DNA of 64,000 nt from Negaprion brevirostris (Eukaryota), in NCBI GenBank assembly GCA_030324005.1, contig JARDVH010000133.1, forward strand, positions 16,478,907-16,542,906. Reading direction: 5' to 3'. Within the stretch, counting starts at the first letter, position 1. Each line of letters starts with the position of its first letter. Positions 50,026-62,092 of this stretch are shown here, piece after piece. Made by a program: the position numbers and the translations under genes. Under the pieces are notes generated by a model that was not told the origin of the DNA, did not search any database, and was given only the letters and a program-made list of their open reading frames with translations.

Positions 50026-51095
50026 ACGTCTTTGAAAAAGAGTTTGCATGTTTTCCCTTATTTTCCTTCACAGGAATACTAACATTTAAAGAACTTGTTC
50101 AGCCAGGACTCAAATGGCTCCATAATAGCTCTGGTACAACTCCTCCACTGAAAGCACAATGGATATGGATGTAGATGATGGTGTTTATACTGTCAGACGT
50201 GGAACGCATCACTAAACCAAGGGCAGAGATTTTCAGTAGCCTGGTAGCCCAAAGGTCACGAGAATACAAATCAGACTGGCAAATGGTAAATATTGGAGCC
50301 TTGGGATTTGAGCACTTACATGTGGAGATCTTCACAGTGACAAGCAAGGGTATTTTANNNNNNNNNNNNNNNNNNNNNNNNNNNNNNNNNNNNNNNNNNN
50401 NNNNNNNNNNNNNNNNNNNNNNNNNNNNNNNNNNNNNNNNNNNNNNNNNNNNNNNNNNNNNNNNNNNNNNNNNNNNNNNNNNNNNNNNNNNNNNNNNNNN
50501 NNNNNNNNNNNNNNNNNNNNNNNNNNNNNNNNNNNNNNNNNNNNNNNNNNNNNNNNNNNNNNNNNNNNNNNNNNNNNNNNNNNNNNNNNNNNNNNNNNNN
50601 NNNNNNNNNNNNNNNNNNNNNNNNNNNNNNNNNNNNNNNNNNNNNNNNNNNNNNNNNNNNNNNNNNNNNNNNNNNNNNNNNNNNNNNNNNNNNNNNNNNN
50701 NNNNNNNNNNNNNNNNNNNNNNNNNNNNNNNNNNNNNNNNNNNNNNNNNNNNNNNNNNNNNNNNNNNNNNNNNNNNNNNNNNNNNNNNNNNNNNNNNNNN
50801 NNNNNNNNNNNNNNNNNNNNNNNNNNNNNNNNNNNNNNNNNNNNNNNNNNNNNNNNNNNNNNNNNNNNNNNNNNNNNNNNNNNNNNNNNNNNNNNNNNNN
50901 NNNNNNNNNNNNNNNNNNNNNNNNNNNNNNNNNNNNNNNNNNNNNNNNNNNNNNNNNNNNNNNNNNNNNNNNNNNNNNNNNNNNNNNNNNNNNNNNNNNN
51001 NNNNNNNNNNNNNNNNNNNNNNNNNNNNNNNNNNNNNNNNNNNNNNNNNNNNNNNNNNNNNNNNNNNNNNNNNNNNNNNNNNNNNNNNNNNNNNN

Positions 51096-51275
51096 CATAG
51101 TAACTTCAATGCAGTGTTAATGTAACCCTACTGCTGACTAATAAATAAACTTTAGAGGTTTTAGTTCAAATGGGCAGCTGGGATTTTAGTTCAGACAGAC
51201 AGAATGGTTGGTGCAGGCTCGGAGAGCTGAAGGGCCTGTTCCTGTGCTGTAATTTTCTTTGATCTTTGTTCTTTA
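51096..51275 (+). mobile_element. SINE tail A followed by a CR1 3' UTR
   Basis: Tail 51096-51153; 'gctgaagggcctgttcctgtgctgtaa' at 51225. Confidence 0.7.
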
Positions 51276-53849
51276 TTGCTCTCAGAGCGACTAACTGATG
51301 AATCTTTGAGGAGTCAGGCATTCTGGTTTAATACCCAGAACTGATTGCACAGTCTGAGGACAAAGATTAACCTTCTGCAACACCAGCCCTCAGCAGTACA
51401 CAGCTTGCACTGTAGAGAACCCCTTAGCAAAGTAGGATGGTGATAGTTCCCAACATTCAATATCATGTCTGGCACCATTTTTGATGTGCCCCGTAGAATG
51501 AAGACATTGTCATGTATTCTCACTGATGCACTTTAGCACTATGCAAGGTAAGGACTTATGTCCTTTGGCTTGGGGAAGGATGGGGAGTGTGGAATGTGTG
51601 GGTCAGATACCATGAGACAATAGAGGCTTAACACTATTTGTCCTGCTGGAGTACAGAGGAAGCTAAATGGGGATGTGGCTGTAGCATTGGAGGGGGTGGT
51701 GTGGGGGAGAGCAGAAATTCACACAGGTAATGGGAAGCCCTGGGGTGGAAGTCACAGGTGCATGGAGCGATGAGGGGTCAGGGTCTGTGATGTCCCCTCA
51801 GCACTCACCGTGGTGTTCTTGCTCTTTCAGCGCAATATTTATCAAAATCATGGAGCCTGTTGAGTTGGCCTTTCTACTGATCGGGATTGACCATCAGCAG
51901 AGACAACGATAACAGTGGCACAGTGGTTAGCACTGCCGCCTCACAGTACCAGGGATCCAGGTTCGATTGGTGGGGGGCGGTGGTTGGAGTGCGCAGTTGC
52001 CTGTAGTAGGATTTCTTTACTTTGTCTTCAGTGTGGGAGAGAAATAGCACAGCCAGTCTCACACTCCACAAGAATAAAATGCTGGGTGTGTGTTTGGTTT
52101 GGAGGCATAAAATGACAGGATGGAGGCTCTGTGAGTGAACAGGGTGATTTATTATCATGGCGTCTACTTTCACCCATGCCAAATAGGTGCCTGTCACTTC
52201 TTAATCTCCCTCACCCTCCCACAATGTCTAGGTGTTTCCCCAAGACCACAGATGAGGCTGAGGAGGCCTGCTGACTTCCATGCCCGATTGCCTGAGTTGA
52301 CCTTGGTGGGCCTGGAACTTGGGCTTGGGCCTGATTTCAGGCAGCACTGGTATTGCTGTTCTGCTCTCATCAGTGTGTGGGGCTGGGAGATTGACACTCA
52401 CAAGAAGAGGGGACTCAGATACGTTAGACACCCATGGTGAAAGGCCCTCAGCTGTGTACCAGATGATCCTCATCCCTTTAGGTGCCCAATGGGCTAGTGG
52501 TCCTCTATGAGATAGAGGGACAACTGGAGTGAGGAGCAGAAGCCCCACTGTCACCTGTGGAATGCCACCAGTGACTGAACCATGCAGCTGAAGCTCTGCC
52601 CTTAGATATGGAAGTAAGATTGCCCCCCATCCCCATGAGCATAATGTCCATCATATTGATAATATTGCTTCATATTCTGGAATCATTCCATATTGTCTGC
52701 TTCAGTCATTTGCATGCTTTGTGTAAGCACATACCTCATTTTAACCAAGTAGATTAGAATTGTCCAGGGGATATAGTGCCTTGACACAATCAGAACAAAG
52801 TTCAATGTCAGGAGGTTGAGATTCTCCCAGTGGAGCTGTGGAATGGGCTTTAGGATTATCTAGTGAAATCCTAATCACTGAATTGTTTCAGGCAAGAGCT
52901 GGCTGGTCCTGCTCCTACCTGGCACAAACATCACCTCACACAAGAGATGGCTACCACCTAACATCTGTCAGAGTTGGAGTTATCCCTGGATGAGTTTTGA
53001 TCACCTAATATTTTCAGAGAGAACTTTGTTGGATTGTTTTTCCCCTTAATTGCTAGGGTTTCGATCTCGCTTCTAGCCTTTCTCAGACAATAACGTGACT
53101 TTCAGGTTGAGTAATGAGTGTATGTATTGTGAAATACAAGATATTGCAGTTGTACAGGTTGGATTAAAACCTCTCTACCCACAATCTGTCAAAGTTCATG
53201 TAACTAGGACATGATCCAGGAAAAAGATGTGCTTAGGTGCAAAACACCCTGGTCCTAGGATGGGGCGGAGTGGTTGGATGTTGTAAACAGAGATCTTATC
53301 ATTGCCCAAACTGAGCAGCCAGAACTCAAGGATCTGAAAGAGCAGCTTTGAAACTGGAACAAAGACTCAAGGTTTGTTCGTTCGCTTGCTTGCGTGTTTG
53401 TTTGTTTGTATATTTACATCGCATTGGACCACAAATATCTTATTGTATTCCTTTTTTTGACACAATGACGCAAGTGATGACGTGGACGGATTCGTCAAAT
53501 AATTCTNNNNNNNNNNNNNNNNNNNNNNNNNNNNNNNNNNNNNNNNNNNNNNNNNNNNNNNNNNNNNNNNNNNNNNNNNNNNNNNNNNNNNNNNNNNNNN
53601 NNNNNNCAAGTGTTTCTAAAGCTGTACCTTCAGGTCAGTTACAATGTCAGTTGCAATTTGTTTGAACCTCTCGGTTGCTGGAAAGGAGACATGAGTTGGG
53701 GGTGGGGGTGGGGGTGGGAGGGAGGATGTTTTTAAGATCGTCCTGAATGGATGGGAAGAGTTGGGCTAAATACCCATTGTCATCCATAATTATCTTACAA
53801 ACAGAGTGTGGAATTATGGCTGGGGTTTTGTTCATTTTGCCACCAATTA

Positions 53850-53912
53850 TCACAGTAATTTACTTGCCGTGTCAATGTAAGCCTACTTGTGACACTAATA
53901 AATAAACTTAAA
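53850..53912 (+). mobile_element. Isolated SINE tail A
   Basis: 'cacagtaa...gtaagcctacttgtgacactaataaataaactt'. Confidence 0.8.
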
Positions 53913-54004
53913 CTTAATGAAAGTTCACTTTGAATAGGGTGTGTGGTGTGAAATTGCCAGGAGTGCATAAGGGGCTCATGGTAAATTGGTGATGTTTTAC
54001 AGTG

Positions 54005-54415
54005 CAAGAATATTTTCCATCAATGTCAATCTTGTCCTATTTAGGACAAAAGATGACCTGAGCGAAACATTTAAGACGTTGAGGGGTAATGACAGGATGG
54101 ATGGGAAGAAGATTTTTTTTCCTCTTGCTGGGGAATCTAGAACTAGGATCCACATTTTAAAAAATAAGTATTTTGTCATTTAAGACAGAGATGATGAGGA
54201 ATTCTTTCTCTTAGAGGGTCATGAGTCTCTGGAAATCACCAAGCAGAGTCCTTGAATACTTTTAAGGCAGAGCTAGATAGATTTTTGATTAACAAGGGGC
54301 TGAATGGTTATCGGAGTAGGCAGGAATGTGGGATTGAAGTTACAGGCAAATCAGCTATGAGTTTATTGAATGACAGAGCAGGATTGAGTGGCCTACTCTT
54401 GTTCCTAATTTATGC
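54005..54415 (+). mobile_element. CR1 LINE 3' end
   Basis: DDLSETFKTLRG.DR.D...FFPLAGESRTR.H; FKAELDRFLINKG. Confidence 0.85.
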
Positions 54416-54907
54416 ATCCTTTTGTTTAAATGCACACTCTGTCTTGGTGCTTTTTAAAATATTTTTAAGGTGTTAAATATTGTGATAAAGTTGCACTACA
54501 TAGTTGATACTAAAAATATTTTGTAGTGAGAAGCAGCAGTCAGCAGAATCTTGAGGCTTGCTGATCAAGAAAACACAGACAGCTTTAGTGTTTGTCCCCT
54601 GGCCTCTTAAATGTTTTATTGCACAGAGACACCTGAGGGTTCCAATGCTTCTCACTGACAGAGAAGACCTATGTTACTCAATCATCTCACTTTGTTGCTC
54701 AGGAGTCATTTGTTCTTTCTACCTTGTGAGATTACTGATGAAATGGAATCTATTTGTACCTTTTGTATGAAATAGTATCATGCATCCAGGCAAGAAAAAA
54801 ATCCTTTACAGAATGGAAATGATTTCATGCAGTTTAAATAGTCCACTTGATAACAAGATATTCCAAAACAGCTTGAAGCCCCAATGATGTACTCTTGAAG
54901 TGCATTG

Positions 54908-55264
54908 TGGGGTGGTGATGGCCTAGTGATATTGTCACTAGACTATTAATCCAGAAACTCAGCTAACATTCTGGAGATCTGGGTTTGGATCCCGCCATGG
55001 CAGATGGTGGAATTTGAATTCAACAAAACATATCTGAAATTAAGAATCTGCTGATGATCATGAAACTATTGTTGATTGTCAGAAAAACCCATCTGGTTCA
55101 CTAATGCCCTTTAGGGAAAGAAATCTGCCATCCTTACCTGGTCTGGCCTATACATGACTCCAGAGCCACAGCAATGTGGTTGACTCTCAACTGCCTTTGG
55201 GCAACTAGTGATGGGCAATAAGTGCTGGCCAGCCAGCAATGCTCATGTCTCATGAATGAATTAA
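54908..55264 (+). mobile_element. Second tRNA SINE family, full length
   Basis: Head 'gatggcctagtg...gggtt.gaatccc'-like; tail 'catgaatgaattaaaa'. Confidence 0.9.
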
Positions 55265-56974
55265 AAGTTACTGCAGTGAAACTGACTGTTTTGATTCTTT
55301 TTTAAAGCCAGTCAACTACCAAACTGCCCCCAAAGTCTTTCGCACACTCAGGATCTGTAAAGATTATTTTAAACTAATGACTGTAAATTGAATTGTTATT
55401 TGCTGAGATTGGGAGCTGACAGCAGAGCAGTGTTCGGAGGAACTGTAGCCATAGGAATCACAGATTATTCCTCCCTCATGCTAGATATAAGCAAGATCTT
55501 CCTTTTGTTACTTGACTCCTGCTGATTTGCTGGCCAGACTGATTTTCCAGTGACTCTGTGGAGTGCCATTGGTTCCTCCCCTCCCTCATGCTCATAGCTC
55601 TATAAAGGCTATTGGTAATGCACTTCATTTTATGTATGAAATTAAATGAGCAAGTAATAAAGTATGAATAGATCTGCAGGTGCAAGTCTTCTGCAGAGGG
55701 CTTCCTTTCAAAGCTGTCATGTTATCTTACAAAGAGCTGTTGAATGTAATTGATTGGGAGAGCCAATAATAAAGGACAGGATTGTGTATTAAATGATCAG
55801 GTTAGTCATTGCTCCAGCTCCTTCAATCATAGGCACTCTCTCTCCTGCTCCTCCAGAGACAGAACTTATGATTGGGCAGGGCAGGAGGGAGGGAACCTTT
55901 TGTTGGAGGAGGTGAACAGAAACTCCAGCCATTCCTGTTGGCCGCCGTGCAGGAGCTTTCCGACTGCACTGATTGATTGATTCATGGTGGAATCTTCTGG
56001 GAGGCCACGGGGAAGAAGCAGGAAATGAAAGAACAGGAGGAATTTTTACTGGTAACAAGGCCGGTATCAACCCAGGAAGCTGTCACCAAGCCAGAAGCCA
56101 AGCCTGTCCCAAGTGTCATCCATGCCCACAGCATGAGCCACTCCCAGGGAATTAGAACTTCCCTTGTATTGATACTGTGCTACCTTGAGCAAGATAAGTG
56201 AATGCGGTGTCAGTGTGACCAGGGAGGGAGGCAGCAACAAATGAATGAAACCATCCCCTCCCCTCTTCCCCTCTCTCCCTCTTTCTCTTCTACAACCCTC
56301 CAACAATGTGACCTGCAAAATGGATTCAGACTTTCTTTTCTATACAGAACAGGCAGTCGAAATATATAAAACAGAATCTGAAAGGTTTTCTTGCAATCTG
56401 GGTTGCAAGTGATTATTTTTTCCCCGAATATGAATTTACTATCACCGTATATGTACATATATATATGGAGCAATGTACGGACCGTGTTCGTGAGACAGTC
56501 ACCAAAATCAGTGTTAGCGTCTGCCAAATTCACAATATTGCCCAATGTTGTCAAAGTAAAGTTTCTTTGATAGTAGCAGTGGGATCACCCATTAAATGCA
56601 CAGAAACTAGCACTGCATTAAATCATTCATTTATGTACTGCATTATATTGTTCCTGCTTAATGACCCACACGGCTAGTAAGTTGGATGATACTTGTAATC
56701 CGATGCCAACAATATGAGTTATCATTTTATCAGGATCTTTCTGTGATTGTTAGGTGAATTGATATATGATCCTTGAAAGGGGGGNNNNNNNAACATGTAT
56801 GATTGAGGGGGGGGGAGGGAGGGGAATAAGAGGCCAAGAGACAAGAGAAGCAGCAGGGTCCATGATTTCTGTGCCACACCCTCATCCAGAGAAATAAGTT
56901 AAAACCAGTTGCACACAGGATGCAGGAAGATGCAACCTCTGCAATCTACAGTCATCATGCAGTTTCTAAAGAAG

Positions 56975-57127
56975 TTAAATTTAAGTTTATTTATTATTAT
57001 TGTCACAATTAGGCTGGCATTAACACTGCAATGAAGTTACTGTGAAAATCCCTGAGTCGCCACACTCCGGCACCTGTTCAANNNNNNNNNNNNCCAGGTC
57101 CCTGGCTGCTGTGAGGCAACAGTACCA
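56975..57127 (-). mobile_element. HE1-like SINE (collapsed at gap)
   Basis: Tail and head either side of Ns. Confidence 0.8.
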
Positions 57128-57508
57128 AACATGAATCTGCAAAAGACAGCAACATTGTAGGGATCTAACTGCATGAGAGGTGAAGGGTTGATCTTATATT
57201 AGTCAATGATTTGCTATGCAAGCAAGCCAATTGAGAAAGATTACTGGAACAACTGCAAAATATGTATTTGCTGTATCTATTAAACTACAGCGGTAATTAA
57301 TATGTTCTGAGTTAAGATCAAGTATGTGGCCAATATGAGACAGATAATTGAGTAAAGTGTTGGATGGAATGTAAAATTCTGTTCTTTACTTTTGTGGGAC
57401 AATAATTTTTTTGACAGGAATTTTCAGTGGAAAGAGATTGTGCAAACGTATACCATATACTGCACCAGTGGGATGCATTTTAATACTGAAATGCAAATGT
57501 TGAATGAT

Positions 57509-57800
57509 GGGGCAGCACAGTGGCACAGTGGTTAGCACTGCTGCCTCACAGCGCCAGAGACCCAGGTTCGATTCCTGGCTTGGATCACTGTCTGTGTGGA
57601 GTCTGCACATTCTCCCCATGTCTGCATGGATTTTCTCCAGATGCTCCGGTTTCCTTTCACGGTCTGAGATCAATTGGCCATGCGAAATTCTCCCTCACTG
57701 TACCCAGACAGGTGCTGGAGTGTGGCAGCTAGGGGATTTTCACAGTAACTTCAGGGCAGTGTTATTGTAAGCCTACTTGTGACATTAATAAATAAACTTA
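57509..57800 (+). mobile_element. HE1-like SINE, tail A
   Basis: Full head-body-tail. Confidence 0.9.
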
Positions 57801-58424
57801 AATATAGGCTCCTGAATCACTGTCAGCTGCAACCGCACAATGGATTTTACTTTTGTCCTTGGGTGTTCCTTTTATTTTTGTTTTGGTTCTTTTGCTTGAG
57901 AACAGTCACTGATCTATAAACAAAATTGTGTTAATGTGTGTCACGTTCCAGGAGTTGATGGCAGAGACAGGGCCAAACACATTGTTGTCAAGTCAAGCAT
58001 AACAGGAATGGGTGGAGCTCCTCAAAGAACAGATTTCAAACAGCTTCAAAATACATGCATTGCAACAAAAATTATACCACACAACAAGAAAGCATCCAAC
58101 TTTCTCAACATCAGGGACATTCAGAGACCTCATTCTAAAGGGACTCACTGATGATTAAACAGATGGTTGGCACAGTGCTGTGAATCTGGAATTATATAGA
58201 GAGACTAAAGCTAAAAATGGATATCAACCCATATAGACAGTGCTGACAAGTGTATATTAAGAAGTCAGATGCAAAGGTCAGTGTGTCACACAGGACTTTT
58301 CATCCATACTGCATGTTGTTACATAGCATGGTCCATGATGTTTTAACATCTCATACTGGTAAAAGGCACTCAATGTAAACATGAACATGATCTCTGGAAA
58401 TAAGCACAGTAGCAAATGAAGTTT

Positions 58425-58600
58425 TTTTTTCAAATCTCCCATGACATGTGAATGTCGTTGGCAATGCCAACAATTCTCACTTATGCCTAATTGTCATTTA
58501 GAAGGTATTGGTGAGCTGACTTCTTAAACCATTGTAGTCTATATCGTGTAGGTACAGCTACAATGATGTTGGGAAGGGAGTTCCAGGACTTTGACCCAAT
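58425..58600 (-). mobile_element. CR1-clade 3' end (second family)
   Basis: Matches 3860-4020. Confidence 0.7.
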
Positions 58601-58675
58601 TATCTCCAAGGAATGGAGATACAGAGCAAAACCTTACCAGAAAATGGCAGTGTTGGTTCCAGCAAGGAAGACAGT

Positions 58676-59170
58676 GGGTGGGATTTTACAGCCTTGCTCG
58701 ACTGAGGCCAGAAATTCCACTTGAGGACAATGGACATGCCCATTGACCATCTCTCACCCACTCCAATTCTGTGGTGGCGGGGGGTAGGGGGGCAGTAGAA
58801 TTCTGGCGAGTGTGTTTCTCGCCAAATCTTACTGTCACAAAGAAACAGGTGGGCGTGTTTCACACCATCATGTAGAGGGCCAGGGCCTCAACACACCGGC
58901 AAAGCCTGACTGCACTGAGATCGGGGCACCCTTTATAAAAGCAGTCCACTCAGACCAAAGAATAACTGCCCACTACCCCCCCACTCCACCACAGAGGTCT
59001 CAGTGGCTACCATTCACTGTTCCCCACCAACCCTGAGTAGAGCTGGCATGCACCCTCAGCAATCAGAGCAGGAATTTTCAACCCCAATCCTACCCCATCC
59101 CAAACAGTCAATGCCTGCAACCCCCCCTTCCCCCAAGAACATCAGACCCTTTCCGCCTGACCCTCCACCC
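58676..59170. mobile_element. MITE family 2 plus a Harbinger-type non-autonomous fragment
   Basis: MITE at 58676-58806; 'cactgagatcggggcacc' shared with 60250. Confidence 0.6.
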
Positions 59171-59272
59171 TCNNNNNNNNNNNNNNNNNNNNNNNNNNNN
59201 NNNNNNNNNNNNNNNNNNNNNNNNNNNNNNNNNNNNNNNNNNNNNNNNNNNNNNNNNNNNNNNNNNNNNNNN

Positions 59273-59590
59273 AGACACGGGGAAAATGTGCAAACTTCGC
59301 ACAGACAGTGACCCAAGCTGGGAATTGAACCCTGGCACTGTGGGGCAACAGTGCGAACCACTGCACATTTGTCAATTGTTGGAAAAACCCACGTAATGTC
59401 CTTTAGGGAAGGAAAACTGCCATCCATACTTGGTCTGGCTTACATGTGACTCCAGAACCACAGTAATGTGGTTGACTCTCAGCTGCCCTCTGAAATGGCC
59501 TAGCAAGCCGTTCAGTTCAAGGGCAACTAGGGATGGGCAATAGATGGTGGCCAGCCACAACACCCATGACCCACAAAGGAATGAAAAAAA
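59273..59590. mobile_element. HE1-like SINE head (-, 59273-59365) abutting a second-family SINE 3' half (+, 59370-59590)
   Basis: Family matches. Confidence 0.8.
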
Positions 59591-60087
59591 TAATAGGCCC
59601 CCTATGCAAATAAAATGTTGCAGAGTTCTTATTCATCCACACAATTGACCAGGAGAGGATAAATCTGGCTAAGCTTTCAGAGGGCCATGATATGCCCAAA
59701 CTTCCTTTCGTACTGAAACTATTAAACCTCTACTCTACGTCAGTCATTAACATAGATCCAGCCCACTCATTTAAAAATAGAGCTCATACCAATTTCTGTA
59801 TTTTGTTCTGAAAAGCTAAAATTCATATTTCTAATGTTTTATGCCAATTAAAAAAATTCTCCCCACTGAGAACAAAAAAGTATTTTCTGTGCCTTTGAAT
59901 TTATCTTGATAAGATGCAAATGTCATTAAACCTGAAACACTTCCAGCACTGTGTTTTGCTTAAACAAACTACTGTCTACTGTAAAACAATCTTTATACTA
60001 AATGTAATTCTTGAAGTTACTGATTGGAAAGCCCTGATTGATTTTTTTAAAAAAAGGCTCAAAACACATTCCAGAGACTTGAGATCA

Positions 60088-60830
60088 AGGGGCTAAATCT
60101 TACCAAAAAAATGGCACAGACTGTTGTTTCCAGTGAGAAAATCGGTGTGTTTCACTCCAGATCTTATAACACTCTGCCAAAAAGAAATAGGGGTATGCTT
60201 CATGCCATCAATGGGGTCAGGCACTTAACCTGCTGGTAAAATGATTTGCACTGAGATCAGGGTACCATTTTTATAGGGTGCCCCTGATTAGAATCTGAAT
60301 AAACCTTACACCCAGCCCACTACGGCAGTCTTAGGGACTCCACTCCCCATCCCTGATTAGAGTCGGCATTTCCCCAGGCCCTCTTTCCTGATCTTCAGCC
60401 CCCCGGTCAGTGGTCCCTTTTTCACCCATCCCTGCTGCCAAGGTCTGAGCTGACACCCATGTTTACCATCCACACCCCACCCCACCCCAACAACCATTGC
60501 TGGTATCCCCAGCTCCTCCATCCACTCTAAATGAATCCCCCATGAGGCTCTCCCTAGGGCTCGCCTCTTGGCACAGGTTGGCACAGGTGCCAACCTGGCA
60601 ATGCCAACCTGTGCCAAGGAATCGTGCCAAGGGGCATTGCCAGGCCACAGTCTGGCCATTCCCTCTCCCCTGGGGGCTCTCCTTACCTTTGCACCCCTGG
60701 GGAGGTCTCCATGACAGATAAGTCAACCTGTTGTAAACCTCAGGGGAGTCAATATCTGATGAGGGGGCAGGTTAATCATATTAAAATCTATTCAAATCCA
60801 TGTAAAGCAGGTTCATGCCCATTATGGCAA
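60088..60830. mobile_element. Non-autonomous Harbinger-type element
   Basis: Starts 'ggggctaaatctt'; ggca/tgcc array with a 17-bp inverted repeat. Confidence 0.55.
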
Positions 60831-61576
60831 ATGTTGCCCAATCATGGAATCAAACCTTACGTTGGACATTTTGTTTTGAATTTTTGCAAGCACAACTGAA
60901 AACAATTCGACAAGTTGAAAACAATTAACATGACCAGTTATAACATTTTGCAATCGATTGTGAATTCTATTATAGTCAAATATTCTTTGTCCATATATCC
61001 AAAAACTGAACATTTTTTTGAATGGACCGTAACGTGAACAAACCCAAACATCACTGACCTATTGTGTGGGAAGTCATGACCCAAGCGAACGAGAACCTTG
61101 TGGTAAGACTAGTTATTTGTCTGCATTGTAAACAGTCATGCACTTTTGTCTTACTTTGTGGTTATTTAATGCCTAATTTAGTACCACTACCAAGGATTTG
61201 TAAATTATAGATAGCCTAGACTCAGGCTATTGTCATTTAAGTAGACTTAGGCCTACCATATATATGGTCGCTATATCACATCTGTAAACTGAAACTATCT
61301 GAGGACAGAAACACTATTGGCCCCAAGGGTTTTGGAAACAGAATTTTCAACCTGTCCAAGTAAAGCCAGATTTCATATAATCAGCATAATCATGTAATAA
61401 TGTAATCAGTCTAATTAGTATAATCATAGAATGATTGCAGCTGAGGAAGTTATTCAGCCCATCAAATCAGAGCAAGCTCTCTAATTTGGTTAGTCCCACT
61501 CCACTATCCTTCCCCAGTATTGCTGTAATATTTTCATTTCAGGTGCTTGTTCAATTTTGAAAGTCTCACATCAAAG

Positions 61577-61860
61577 ACAGCACGGTGGCAGAGTGGTTAG
61601 CACTACTGCCTCATTTGCCAAGGGCCTGAGTTCTATCCCTGGCTTGGGTTGCTGTCTGTGCAGAGTCTGAACATTCTCCCAGTGTCTGTCTGGGTTCCCT
61701 TCCACAGTCCGAAAGATGCGCTGGTTAGGTGCATTGGCCATGCTAAATTCTTCCTCAGTGTACCCAAACAGGTGCCAGAGTGTGGCGCCTAGGAGATTTT
61801 CACAGTAACTTCATTGCAGTGTTAATGTAAGCCTACTTGTGACACTAATAAATAAACATT
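61577..61860 (+). mobile_element. HE1-like SINE, tail A
   Basis: Full head-body-tail. Confidence 0.9.
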
Positions 61861-61964
61861 TAAAAAAAGCATATTCCCTGACTTTCATGCCTGTATTTAT
61901 ATTTATTTGAGAAAGGGCATGAAAATAAAAGAAAAGATCAACATGCAGGAATTGCAGTCATTAT

Positions 61965-62092
61965 GGCTGGGATTCTCAGGCCATGCTCACCCCAGAACCA
62001 AACAATCCCGTCCGAGGTCAATGGACCTCTGTGCAGTCAACCCTCACACCCACTCCAATTCCTGTGGCAGATGGGATAGGAGAATTCCCCCC
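61965..62092 (-). mobile_element. MITE family 2
   Basis: ggctgggattctc...gaggtcaatggac...gagaattcccccc. Confidence 0.75.

Noticed and set aside
50099-51125. Long ORFs (up to 336 aa) here and at 4641-5056, 29503-30268, 33413-33778
   Set aside because: Artefacts of translating N gaps
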